In this document: piece after piece, positions 14,401-28,515 of the stretch
Numbering within the stretch: position 1 is the first letter of the stretch
How the letters are laid out: every line of letters begins with the position of its first letter
Assembly (NCBI GenBank): GCA_021613535.1
Contig: CP075493.1
Coordinates: 3,100,001 to 3,164,000, forward strand
Length of the DNA stretch: 64,000 bases
Direction: 5' to 3'
Origin: Adineta vaga
Lineage: Eukaryota > Animalia > Rotifera
Program-made: the position numbers and the translations under genes
The notes under the pieces: model-generated
Databases searched by the model: none
The model's input: only the letters and a program-made list of their open reading frames with translations
What the model was told of the DNA's origin: nothing

Positions 14401-16657
14401 ATGAAAGTGTTATTGAAGATTTATTAGCACAAAGAAAACCTTGGTCTGATGTAACTGTTAGTGGTTTAAGTAGTCAAACACTTGAACAAGAAATTGCATC
14501 ATTTAATGATAATATTTTTCGATCACATTCAACTTTTCTTGAAAATGGTCTTCATTTAGCACCAGGATCACGTGCTGTTCTTGTTAATGGACGAATTTTA
14601 GGTCCATTACATAAGAATGAGCAATTTACGGAAGATGATTTTATTCTTTTGGATAAACATTTATCAACAACAATCAATGATCGTTTAATACGTATGGTAA
14701 ATAAATTACAATTATCGAATGATCCATCACAATTATCCGATCTTCTTATGCGTATATCATCCATTGTTAGTCAAAATGATAAAAATTCTTCACCAGTAAC
14801 ACGTAAACAGACACCACGTATATCGACAACATCAAAAGGACTACTTCATTTACCAGCACAACATGTTAATGAACCAGCCTTTTTAGTTGAAGCAATTGTT
14901 GATCCAGCTTCACGTGATGGTCAACGAGTTTTATCTTTAATGTCTGCTCTCCGTCAATCAGTTAATATTGACCTTATTATATATTTCAATTGTAAATTAC
15001 AATTATCTGAAATGCCATTGAAAACATTCTATCGTTATGTTTATGATATTAATTTGCAACAAATGCCAAGTGCTCTATTTCAACATGTACCTGAAACACC
15101 AATATTAACATTAGGTATGGTAACACCAGAATCATGGATGGTGGAAGCAGTTACTTCACCATATGATTTGGATAATATCCATTTGAAAGATGTTCCTGTT
15201 GGTGTAAGTGCAAATTTTGAATTGCAATATTTATTAATCGAAGGACAATGTTTTGATGAAACACAAAGTTATCCACGCGGTTTACAATTAATTTTAGGTA
15301 CAAATAAAACGAAAAATATCTTTGATACAATTGTGATGGCTAATTTGGGATACTTTCAATTGAAAGCATATCCTGGTGTATGGCATTTAAATTTACGTGA
15401 AGGTCGTTCCGAAGATATCTATGCAATAGCATCTCATGATAATACAGATTCATCAACACGAACAAGTCAACCCGTTATTGTTGCAATACGTTCATTTGAT
15501 GCACGATGGATTAAAGTACACGTTGGAAGAAAACCCGGCAAAGAAAATGAAAAATTACTTGAAGATTCATCGGATGATTCACCAACTGGTTCTGGTAGTA
15601 TTTGGGATTCATTTAGTTTTGGTGGTTCATCATCATCGGGTTCAATTGGAACAAAAATTGATGAAATTACTGATGATACAATCAATATCTTTTCAGTTGC
15701 TAGTGGTCATCTTTACGAGCGTTTACTTCGTATTATGATGTTAAGTGTTCTTAAAAATACGAAAAAACCAGTTAAATTTTGGTTTTTAAAAAATTTTCTT
15801 TCACCTATCTTTACAAGTTTCTTACCACATTATGCACAAAAGTATAATTTTACATATGAACTTGTTCAATATAAATGGCCAAAATGGTTAACAGTTTATC
15901 CGACAGAAAAACAACGTGTTATATGGGGTTATAAAATTCTTTTTCTCGATGTATTGTTTCCATTGGATTTAAAGAAAGTTATTTTCGTTGATGCTGATCA
16001 AGTTGTTCGAGCAGATTTGGCAGAATTACGTGATTTAGATTTACATGGTAATGCTTTTTTTTTGTTCGAATCAACTTCCTTTTCTATAGTTCGCTTTTAG
16101 GTGCACCTTATGGTTACGTTCCATTCTGTGAGAATCGTCGCGAGATGGATGGTTATCGATTTTGGAAATCAGGCTATTGGGCGAGTCATTTAGGGCATCG
16201 ACGTTATCATATATCTGCACTTTATGTGATTGATTTGAAGAAATTCCGTAAAATAGCTGCTGGTGATCGACTTCGTGGTCAATATTATGGTTTAAGTCAA
16301 GATCCGAATTCTTTATCGAATCTTGATCAAGATTTACCCAATAATATGATTCATCAAGTTAATATTTATTCATTACCAGAAGAATGGCTTTGGTGTGAAA
16401 CATGGTGTGATAATGAATCAAAAAAACGTGCAAAAACCATTGATCTTTGTAATAATCCACAAACAAAAGAATCAAAATTAACAGCAGCAACACGTATCAT
16501 TTCAGAATGGACTGATTATGATCAAGAAATAAAAACTCTTATGAATCAATGGGAAGAAGCAGGTAAACCAAAATTAATACTAACAACATCAGCAACAAAC
16601 ATAAAGAATGTCGAGCCAACTGATTCAGCCAACACACATGATCCTACCGAGTTGTGA
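11495..16657 (+). CDS. UGGT: UDP-glucose:glycoprotein glucosyltransferase (GT24), multi-exon
   Basis: Signal peptide [82 protein letters not shown]-retention-like ending HDPTEL. Confidence 0.97.
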
Positions 16658-17196
16658 TAAACTAAAATTAAGTGCTTTTTATCCTTGTCTTTTCTAAAAA
16701 ACAAACATACATACATTCCCTAGAAATTTGTTTTTCTCTCTCTCTCGCTCTTTCTCTCTCTTTCTTTTGCTCATGCTTTTCATGTTTTCATCTTTCGTTC
16801 TTTTTCTGACCATTTATCTCTCGTTGTTAAGCCGTTTGTTAAAGTGACTGGTTGATATTTTCAAAATATATTTTGTTTTGTTTGTTTCCGATTATGATTA
16901 TCAGCAAGGAAAAGTTTGTTTCTTTTTTTGTTTGGTGTACGTGAATTAATAACATTGATAAACGATTTTTAGGTAACATAGATTATTTCTTTTTCTTCCA
17001 TACAAGATACTTTAAAGATGAATATTGATATGCAAAGCTTGGTTTTTTATATTATCAAATGAATTAATACCATTACGAAAGTGAACTCTACACATAAAAC
17101 ATTAGCGTAGAAATAATCTGTCACTTCACAGAAAAAAGAGAATGAATGATGATACACAAGAAATTCATTCTTAAATCATTGAATATAGAAACAGAA

Positions 17197-20186
17197 TTAC
17201 TCCTTTTGTTCTATTGAAGTTAATTCAGGTTTTGATGCTGATGGTTGCCAATTTTCACCAAGCCAAACAAGAATTTTAGCTTCATGTTCAGCTAAATCAA
17301 GAAAGACTTCATTATGATCAACTTTAACATCATAATCAAATGTCCATTCATGCCACCAACCATTGTTAGGCATATTCGGTACACGATAATGAGCTAGAAT
17401 TAGACAAGAAAATTCATTCGATTCTATCATAAAGACAAGAAAATTGTCTTACCAAGATAACTACCAGAGATATTTACAATAACAACAACACATTCACCTG
17501 AGGTCGCCCTAAATATTCAAAAAATAAACAACCAATCAATCGAAGAAGACTGATATGTTATACCATCTTTGATAAGCTAATACTTTTGTATTATAATCTT
17601 CATGTATAAAATTAAGATTTGTTTGAAAAAATGCTTTATTTTCTTTTCGTAGAAGTACTAAACCACGATAGAATGCTAGAAGATTTTTATTCAATCGATT
17701 AGCATTATCTTCACGATCAGCAATTAATGACCAATCTATTTTAGCAGTATCAGGTGTTTTCTCTTTGTATCTATGATGAAAATAATTATCAAAAGAATAT
17801 TAAATAGAAAACAACTTACTCTCCAATCTCTTCTCCTGTCCAAATCATTGGAATACCAATACTTGTCATTTGAATAACAACACCAAGACGAATACGTTTA
17901 AAAGCTTCTTCACCAAATATACTTCGTTCTTTACCTAAACTTAACATTCGATGAAAGAATCAAATGTAAATATACATATATGTACCTAATTCAACGAGCA
18001 TTCGATCATGATCATGATTTCCAATGTAATTAACAACATTTGTTACACCTAAAAATCCTTGTTGTCGACAATCAATCACCGATTTCAATCGACCAATATC
18101 TGTATTATCATGAAGTAATATATCTCGTATAATCCAGTAGAAACTATCATGCCAACCTGAAAATAAAATTCCATTTTTTTGTAAAAAAAAAAGATCAGAA
18201 TTATTCTCGATAATCTTACATCCATCCATAGGTCCATCAATATTTGTGATACAAGGTTCATCAGGTAGAAATTCTGCGACACAATAGAATGGTTTGGGTC
18301 CAGCTGCTTTCTTGGCTTCTCGTACAACCCAATGAAGAAAATCGAAATTTTGTATTTGACGTGCAGCATCAAATCGAATACCATCGATATGAAATTCTTC
18401 AACCATATAACGTATTGAATCACCGACAAATTTACGTGCTGGCCAAATATTATATTTTGGATCGAAAAAATCTTTTCAAGAGAACATTCATGCCGAAGAA
18501 GATAGTTTCTATCTAAATGAAATTACTTACTATAGTTCCATTCAGGTCCCCATGACACTAGATAGAGGACGAGTTTTTTTTAGATTTGCTGATTTTAGAA
18601 AAAAATGTGATTCGATTTACTAGTTATATCTTTTGGATTATGATGATACCAATAATCATGATCTATTTGTGTCAATGGTGATGAACAATCCGAATGATTG
18701 TATACCTAAACATGTGCATTAATATAGGTGACATATCATAATCATTGATACATGAACATACACCATCTAAAATAACTCGAATGCCATTTTTATGCATTTC
18801 ATCAATCATTTCTTTTAAATCTGCTGTTGTACCATAACTTGTTTCAATAGCAAAATAATATCTTGGATTGTATCTAACAAAGATATTTATAAAAGAATTC
18901 GATCCATAGTAGAAATATACATACCCCCTGAGAAAAATCAATTTCATCGAAGAAATGATAATATTTGGTTGAATTATAGATTCAAAGAGAAATAGTTCAG
19001 CTTACCAAGAATGATTTCCTATAAATTAAACAAATAGTTTACTTCCATTATTGAAATATTTCTATATTTACCAGGATATTCTTTAATTGGCATTAATTCA
19101 ACTATGAAATGAGAATAAATTTCGTCGGTGTAAAACATCGATAGCAAAAAAAACAAATACATACTCGCATTAATACCAAGTTCTTTCAAATATTCAATTT
19201 TTTGTGTCACATGTTTGAATTGTCCACGAGAAAGTGGATCATCGTCTCTCGCAGCAAAATCTCCCACATGAAGTTCATAAATAACAAGTTCTTCATCAGG
19301 TGGTAATGAACAATGATCATATTTCCATTCATATTCATCTGAATAAATCAATTGTATTGATATCTATTAAATCTCCTCTCGAAATTCAATTCATACCAAT
19401 AACTCGTTTGCCATTTTTGATTGTTAAGATACCAACAGCTTTATGTGCATCATCTAAAAGATCGTACGAGGTTATGATTATCATGTTAGTTTTAAATAAA
19501 AACAAAATATATATTTACCTGTTCCACGTTCATCAACATCTGTAGCATATGGATCAACGAAAGTATACCAAATTTCTGTAAAAGTAGCTTCATGTTCACG
19601 TTGACGATTTCGTTCTCGAATTTCATCGATAAGTTTAGCATGTGCTTCGGTTTTTTCCTGTTTTTCCGTTTGTGCTGAAAACGAATCAGATCATGTATTT
19701 AATTTTCCCCCTTCTCAAAAAAAAAAGAAATCAAACATAGCGGATATCTTACTCATTTCTTTAAACTCATCATCATCATAATTGGGCAATGCAGGTTCTG
19801 GTTCTGTTTCAAACCAAGATTTTGTTTGAACTATTAACAGAAAAGAATTAGTCATACTCAATTGTATTCGATTTGAACATTTATTACTTTTAAATTGATA
19901 ATGGAAAATGCCATCAGCTAAATCGACAGTTGCTCGAAAATAACCATCAGATTCATCTTTTTCCATAACTAGCAAAACATTTCATATTGTTATGGAATGA
20001 ATATTTTTATATAAGAAATCTTACGAATATCCACACCAAACATTCGAACATTGGCATTCTTTAACTATCAACATAAAGTTTTAAAAGCTACATATATATC
20101 TATAAATCATGATATGAACAAGTACATACTCTCAATGCTGCTTGTTTATTGTACGGTGCAAAGAGTGTGAATGTAAATGGTGCCAT
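17197..20186 (-). CDS. GH13 alpha-amylase / glycogen branching enzyme-like protein of bacterial (cyanobacterial) type, ~19 introns
   Basis: Spliced: [93 protein letters not shown] (nucleophile Asp), VAEF (acid/base Glu), NYIGNHDH. Confidence 0.9.
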
Positions 20187-21008
20187 GTAAACAGAATCTG
20201 GAATTGAATAAAAGAATACGACTTTTACAGCGAGTGATCGATAGATAAGTGATGAAAGAATAGTTTTACTGCTGTACCAAGAAAATATCTACACTTCTTT
20301 GTTATATAAAACAATAGACAAATCAATCGTATGTCATCGTCAAAAGACTTATCGAAAATGTACGTTATTTCATCGAACGAATTTACTGAATGACATTTCT
20401 CGATAAGAACTTATTCAGGTACATATTGATATGCTTACTAAAGTTCAAAGTTCACTTTTTTTCCCCCAAGATTAATCTAAAATCAACATTGACAGTAAAT
20501 TTCCAGTTGTAATGTACTCGATCTTCGAGAAACAAACAAATTTCATCTATGCTTACTTTTGGAATATACGATTCCATCTTTTTGTGAATATGCAATACTT
20601 ACATTCAATATGTCACAGAAAACAGATGTATATGATTGTTTCTACTAGTTAAACTATTCGATATTGTAAGAAAGAGAAAAGAAAAGCGCCAGTTGTGTAT
20701 ATACGAATAAGCGATATCGCCAGAATAAATACATATATCAAACTATGGTTGATTGTATCTGTATTTTACAGCATGTACTGATATAATTTATAAACCAATC
20801 GTATTAGAGCAAGTGGTTCTATCTGAAAAAAGTTAGTCTTTTCTTAGTGTTAATTTTTTTTATTAGAATAAACGAGAAAAGAATTCGGTTGAAAAAGAAA
20901 CTGAACCGCACAAAAAAAAGAATACAAAGAAAGAAGTGAAAAGTACGGGTAGACTGGTGATAACAAATGAACGAAAAAATCGATAGAAATCAACATCACA
21001 GTGAATCA

Positions 21009-22683
21009 TTAAAATTCATCAATTATATCGGGAATTTTTGCTATGACATTTCTAACCATTTCAGTTTCTTCGTTAGTTATATCCGCTGGTAAAGATTTCA
21101 TGGCTGGAGACGCTTGAATTTCATCATAGGTTGCTGGACGATCGGCTTGTTTTATTCTTAATCTAAATAGAAACAAAAATTATCTGATCAATTCATAAAG
21201 AAATTGAACTCAATAATCATCGGACGAAAACACAGTTAAAATTCTCTCTTTACAATTATTAGATGTGACCAAGAGTGTTAAATCTATGTATTTATCTTCT
21301 AATACGTAATATAACTTACAACCAAACGATCAAGTGTTGTAATTCTGTTGATAGATTCGTTGGTGGTTCTGGTACCCATGTCATAATTGCACTCATAATT
21401 CCTAATGCATTCATTTTAGCGAATGGATGTTGACCAGTTGCTATTTCCAACTAAATAAATTGCATAAAAGAAAACTTGTTTTTTTTGAAACTCATAACAT
21501 TTTATTTACCGTCGAAAGACCTAATGCCCACATATCCGATCGTATACCATAACCTTCCGGTGATTGGGATGCATCAATTCGTTCGGGCTAGAAAGAAAGA
21601 AGCAATCAAATTGTTTTTCGTCTAATTTGAAATTTACCGCTAGATAAACTTGTGTGCCTTTCATCATTGTATGTGCGACTGAATTTGTCAATTGACCAGA
21701 TATTCCAAAATCACAAATTTTAAAAATAACAGGATTTTGTTTCACAAGAATATTTGATGGTTTAACATCTCGATGAAGTATACCTTTTGATTTGAGAAAT
21801 TGTAATGCATCAACAATCTCGAAAAAAGAAAAGACAACTAATAGTTCATGAAAAAAGGAGACTTTGCATTCTCTTACATGATTTATCATTCGTCTTAATA
21901 ATATATCTAAATGTTGGGTTTCTTTGATTTTATGCATTGTTGTATAGAATTTCTCCATGGATGTATCACATGCTTCCATACAAATAACAACGTGACTTTC
22001 TTTCTATGAAAATTCATAGACAAAAATAAGATAAAATTAGAGGAAAGCTTTTGAACAAACCTTATCGATAAGTCCAGCATAAAATCGAATAACATGAGGA
22101 AAATTACATGAACCAACTGTACGAATTGTTTTTAAATCTGTTGTAGCTGTATAATCAGCAGCATTGTTTGTACTCGGCATTAGACCTAATCTCTATTTAC
22201 AATAAAAAAAACTGTTTGTTTAGTGTTTCTCATAAGATAAAGAACTAAACAAATGAATATTTCAATTCTATCGATCTCACTTTTTAAAAATAATACATAC
22301 TTTAACAGCCATTTTAATATCTGGATGATTTTCAACTTCCACTAACATTACACTACCATAGTTTCCATATCCAAGCTTTCGTATATCAACTAACATATTT
22401 ACATTAATAGTTACATCTTCTCCGTTGTAATTAATCACAGCGTCTTCACCAACATCAGGTAACCTAAAGAAAATAATAAATTATTGTTTCACAAATATCA
22501 AATTTGATATATTTACATATAAGTATTATCAGCTGCTGGTTCCACTTGTTCACCTGTATAATCAGGAAATTCCACACGAACTAGAAAGATCATTATATAA
22601 AAACATGAATTGATTTTATTAGTTGTTAGTTACATACATCTGAATTTCTCCTTTCGATCCCGTTTCGATGATCCTTTCGACAT
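21009..22683 (-). CDS. Dual-specificity MAP kinase kinase (MKK3/4/6/7-like), multi-exon
   Basis: LGYGNYGSV, MAVK, HRDVKPSNIL, DFGISGQLTNSVAHT (SxxxT activation loop), YLAPERID, YGIRSDMWALG. Confidence 0.88.
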
Positions 22684-22912
22684 TTTTCAAATAATAAATA
22701 CAAACGAAACGCTGTCTTGTCTTGTTATGTTTTGGTACAACCACACAAAATAATGAATCATACATTCCATACATAATCAACTTAACCAATTGTAGAACAA
22801 ATGAAAAGCCTCTATTCCTATTTTCTCATTGGTGATTGAATCTGTCTGATGAGAGAAGAACGAGTCGAAATACGTTTCTTTCCCTAGCTAGCTAGACTAA
22901 ACTACGTTACAG

Positions 22913-25900
22913 ATGACTGATGCGTACGTTTTTCAATGTTTTCTCTCATTTTTTCATGTTCAAATCTGTTTAATTTCATAGAAAACAACGATTCGATCAA
23001 ATTGCAAAAACACATAAAGAAAATATACGACGAATACTATCAAACGAAGACTCTCAAACCACTATAGATTCAAATGATGATGGCAATCTTATTGAAGAAA
23101 TATTGAATAAAACAAGAAGTTCATTCAATGCCGGTATTGAATCATTTTTTATCTACAAATATTCATTATTAAAAGAATAGAAAACTTGTGGTTTCGATGT
23201 ACATCCTTTGAGTTTCTTTTTGAATAGGTTCTTCGGATGATTTCGGTCGTACTTATCAATATCTCATTGATTCATTATCATCAGGTGCTAATATATGTCT
23301 AATATGTATTGATGTAATACAAAAGAAAGATGCAGTTCGTATAGAATTCTATGTATATTTCCATATATTTTCATTTCTTTTCTTAAGATTTGGAATTGTT
23401 CATGTTGTTATTCACCATTCCATATCGTTTGTATACAAAAATGGATTAAAGATGGAATATATCAATCATCTACAGCAAATAACAGTGAAACAAATGCTTG
23501 GCATTGGTAAGATTCTTTCCCAACAAAAGAATTTTTGTTTCTTTTTCAAATATTTTATTTGTTTTTTCACAGTCCAAAATGTCGAACGGAATTTGACCAA
23601 AAAGATACACCAAAACGTTATTTATGTTATTGTCAAAAAGAAATTGATCCACAATTTGATCCATGGTTAATTCCTCATTCGTGTGGACAAACATGTGGAA
23701 AACGATTACAACCTGAATGTGGTCATATATGTTTATTACTTTGTCATCCGGGACCATGTCCACCGTGTCCTAAACAAGTAAATGTTCGGTGCTATTGTAA
23801 TCAATCAAGTCCAACAGCACGTCGATGTGGTTTTAAAGGTTGGTCATGTGGAAAATCATGTTCGAAATTATTATCCTGTCAACAACATCGATGTGAACAG
23901 GTATTATTTAATTTATATCAAGAGTAAACATGTATATAAAAAGCATATTCATCGATTAGGCTTGTCATCCTGGAGAATGTTTACCATGTCAGAAGACAAG
24001 TGTTCGATCATGTCAATGTGGAAAGACTAAAGCAATACGAAATTGTATTGAATTAAATTTTCAATGTGATCAAGTAAGTTGATTTTGATGAAACTAAATT
24101 ATACCATTGAAAACTTCGAGTTATTTTTAGCTATGTGGTCGTTTATTGAACTGTCAAATTCATCATTGTAAACGAATATGTCATAAAGGTGAATGTGGTT
24201 CCTGTCCTCGACAAGGCGTACGGACATGTCCATGTGGTAAAACAAGTAAGAAAGTTTGAAAGAATTTCTTTTTTTCTATATTTTTATTTGTTTTTGTATT
24301 TAGAATATGAAAATTTACCATGTTCAGAAGATGTTCCAACTTGTGGTGATACATGTGATCGAAAACTTGATTGTGAACTTCATCGATGTTTACATCGGTG
24401 TCATACTGGTGATTGTGAATCTGTAAGAAATTTTATTGTATCATATGTAAAAATGAATGAATTTTATTCTAAGTGTCGACAAGTCATTATGAAACGATGT
24501 CGATGTGGTTTAAAAGAAAAATCCATTCCATGTTGTCAAGAATTTCTTTGTGAAACAAAATGTACACGCATGCGAGCATGTGGGAAACATCCATGTAAAC
24601 GTAAAGTATGTGAATCATTTATTTGATTTCGATTATTTGTTATAACTGATCGTTTAGTGTTGTGATGGTAATTGTCCACCATGTCAAACAGCTTGTGGTA
24701 AAACGCTAAGTTGTCGAAATCATAAATGTCTTAGTGAATGTCATCGTGGTCAATGTTATCCATGTACACATAAAGCCGATGTAACTTGCGCATGTGGAAA
24801 AACATTCATAACGGTTCCATGTGGTTGTGAAAAACAAACACGAAAACCACGTTGTAATGAATTATGTTTGTAAGTTTTTATTTCCTCAATGAAAATCGAA
24901 ATCGAAGAAAAGTTATTTGAATGAATAGAAAACCATCCGATTGTCATCATATTGAACGTGAACCACATTTATGTCATTTTGATGAATGTCCAAATTGTAA
25001 ACAACAATGCAATTTACCATTGAAAGGTTGTGCACATTTATGTTCAGCAATATGTCATGATTCAGCATTGATTAAGGAAGAAATTAATGCCTCGAATACA
25101 CCATGGGGAATGAAAGAGAAAGAAAAATTGATTAGGAAAACTTTACCTTGTCCATCATGTCAAGTACCGATGACTGTATCGTGTTTTGGTCAACATAGAG
25201 TATGATTAATGCTCATTTTTATAAAAAAGAAAAGAATTCATAGAATCCTTTTCTTAGACACAAACTTTTCCATGCTCGTCAGCACGACCATTCTGTTGTG
25301 GTCAATTGTGTAATCGAATCTTAAAATGTCAAAATCATTTGTGCAATCGAGCGTGTCATGTAGTCACTGGTATATCAAATCAAACTGATGTAAGATAACT
25401 ATTTACATGAATATTATTTTATTCAATAAATACAATATATTAGGCTGGTAACGAATGTATTAAATGCGAAGAAATGTGTACTAAAGAACGACCATCGGGT
25501 TGTCAACATTCCTGTCCATTAGCGTGTCATCCAGAGAAATGTCCACCATGTAAACAACGTCTTAGAATGCGATGCCATTGCAATACACAAGTAATCTATA
25601 GTGATTGTCAAACATTCACAAATGCAAATGAAGAAGTAAAAGAAAAGATTAAATCATGTGGAAAACCATGTCCAAAGAAGGTAAAGAAAAAATGATCTAT
25701 GAAGTTCAAATTCTTTGTTAAAACATCGTTTTGTGTATAGATTGCTTGTGGTCATTCATGTACCTTTTCATGCCACTCTGGTTCATGTTTATCAGTGAAT
25801 AATTGCATGGAATCAATTCAAGTTCGTTGTGTATGTAAACGTATTCAACAAGAAATTCCATGTCATGAAACAAATGGAATTAAAAATTTTCGCTTACCAT

Positions 25901-26205
25901 GTGATGAATTATGTGCTGAATTGAAAAAGAATCGAATAGTAACGCCGCCAACTCCTCCTGTTGTTCAATCGATAATTGAAGAACCTAAAGCATCTATTGA
26001 AGTTGAAACTCCACTAGCAAAACGAAAGAATCGAAAAAATCATTCGAATAATGAAACCACACCATCTGTCAATTTAACTCCAACGGTGAAAAAATCTCGA
26101 CCACGTCGTTTTATTTGGACATTAAATAAAGTTATTGTTTTATTTGGACTTTTTACTTTTATTCTAGTTTCATTGATTATTTATATGTTTAAACATATTG
26201 CTTAA
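22913..26205 (+). CDS. NFXL1: NF-X1-type zinc finger protein NFXL1, multi-exon
   Basis: RING/PHD-like [63 protein letters not shown], many NF-X1 Cys repeats, C-terminal TM segment [20 protein letters not shown]. The 11-nt first exon (MTDA) is inferred. Confidence 0.92.
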
Positions 26206-26254
26206 TGTTTTCATCAGGAATCGAACGGTTAATTTGTTTTAGATTTATTTTTCT

Positions 26255-27341
26255 ATGTCTTGCCCAACTACAACATCAGATAATCATCAGTATACAAAAC
26301 AATTTGCTGATTATTTAGAATATGGAATTCATTTTCCTGAATTATCACAAATTCGGCAACTAGATGTCTCTTTACAAGGTTAGAAATGAATCAAACTAAA
26401 TATTTCTTTTTCTTTGAGTTATTTAATCGATCTATTAGTCAGTGAACATGTTTTTTAAACATTTAGATTGTCATCGTCGGATTCGTGAAATAACCGAAAA
26501 TCTACGTAAGAGCAATGACTATCCTGGCGAACAATCAGTACGATAAATCAATTCTTTAGATTTTGATTTTCTTTTCAATTCTATTTTTAGCAATTACAAA
26601 CAATGTTAATCAATACATTGATACAAGCGAAATCAATTGGCGACAAAAAAATGGAACTAAGTCAACAAATGCTTGATGCTACGGAACGACAATCAAAAAA
26701 ATTGAATATTGCTTATCAAAATAGTGGTAGATTTCAAGAATTTTATTTCGAATTTTTTTCTATCAACTTATCATTATTTTAGTTGAATCAATGAATCAAC
26801 AAAATTCATTACCCGAAACTAATGTTATTGATTCTGACAATGAATATGATTCTGAATCAGGTTTTATTAAAAAGTTTTTCTACGAAAAAAAAATATGTAT
26901 GATTTGTGTTATTTAGATCGTCATCGTTCTTTATGGAAACGAAAAACAACCATTGCTCCATCCGTAAATCTAAAACGTCGATGTGTGGTCAATTCCGAAC
27001 AAACAGACAAACTGTCTAATACTGAACGTGATAAACGAAAAGTCGTTCAACGTACTGTCAATGCAACGATTCCAACTGGCAGACGATTGAGATTAAATAA
27101 TGAATCATCAAATACCCAATCAGATGAAACAACTTATTGTTTATGTTCTCAAGTAAGATGAAAAAACAACGCCAGTTTTGAATTATATTCATTGTTATTT
27201 CTTTAGCTTTCTTATGGTTCAATGATTTTATGTGATAGCAAAACATGTGAAATTAAATGGTTTCATTTCAATTGTGTTCATTTAACTACGAAACCAAAAG
27301 GCAAATGGTTTTGTCCTAATTGTCGAGAAAATCGAATTTAA
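26255..27341 (+). CDS. ING: Inhibitor of growth (ING) family PHD finger protein, multi-exon
   Basis: N-terminal ING-like helices ([33 protein letters not shown]) and C-terminal [51 protein letters not shown]. Confidence 0.88.
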
Positions 27342-28124
27342 ACAATAAAATTCTTCTTTTTTTGTATAATCAGATAATTCAAATCATCAATTTTGAATTT
27401 CATCATCATGAATATGACGTTGAGTAATCTCACTTACTGACAATTAAAAAAGAAATAATAATGTCAACAGATGTGAGTAATGAAATGAAGTTTACTCTCG
27501 ACGTTTCGTTGCATCGATGAATAAATAATAGAATTTCACAACATACAGAAAGATGTTAGTGACAAAAGTTCTTGTAAGATTCAACTATATTAGATGTTAT
27601 TGAAGTGTCAAAAACAGATTATTTATGTCAGTAACAAGATTTATTCTTTATATAATTAAAAGAAATACAACATTCTAAATTCTTATCTTGCATTTTTTAA
27701 TAATAACTTGTCATTTGTTTGTATATGATAAAGAAAAATTATTGTAGACAATGTTTCCGTTTTGAATAAGAACCATGACATCTGTTGCATATTTGAATTC
27801 CATTGGGATATTAATTTATGATCTGTCCTTTTTTTTCCCTATTTCTACATATTCATTCATTGAGCTTGTATAAAAGCATGAATTGTTTTTTTATTGATAG
27901 CTGAATTAAATAGAAAAAAGAAGAAGAAATTTCTAAGGTGTTTATGTTTTGTTGTGAATAAGTGATAAAAGATTTTCTGATACGAATAGACGATAGTATG
28001 ATAGACTACAAAAAAAGAAAATCAACAAGATATTGAATAACAAAAATAGACTTGTTGAATTTTTACTACACGTATATGTGTGTGTGTGTGTTTTATATTG
28101 GAGTTCATTTCTGTAAGTTGGAAT

Positions 28125-28515
28125 TTATTTACGATGAGTTTCAATATCAGCTTTCAATTGATCAACATTGGCACCAACAACTCTGTGAACTTCTTTGCCA
28201 TCTTTGAAGAAAACGAAGGTTGGCATAGCTTCAACATTGAATTCTTGAGAAACAGCTTCACCTTGATCGACATCACATTTAAGAAAAACTACGGAATCTT
28301 TGTAGTCACCTGAACTCCAATCTTCGATCTTTGGTGAAATACGTAAACATGGTCCACACCATCTAAAGAAAGATAAAGAATGATGCTTCTAGTTTTGCAA
28401 AATTTCGTGTAAATTCTTACGTAGCAAAGAAATCTAACACAATGAGTTTGCCTTTATTTTTTCCACTTTCAAATTCAGCTTGAAGTTCTTCGAGTGTTGT
28501 AATTGAATGAACCAT
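28125..28515 (-). CDS. TXN: Thioredoxin (2 exons)
   Basis: MVHSITTLEEL..LIVLDFFAT|WCGPC..FLKCDVD..VEAMPTFVFFKDGKEV.RVVGAN. Confidence 0.96.
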
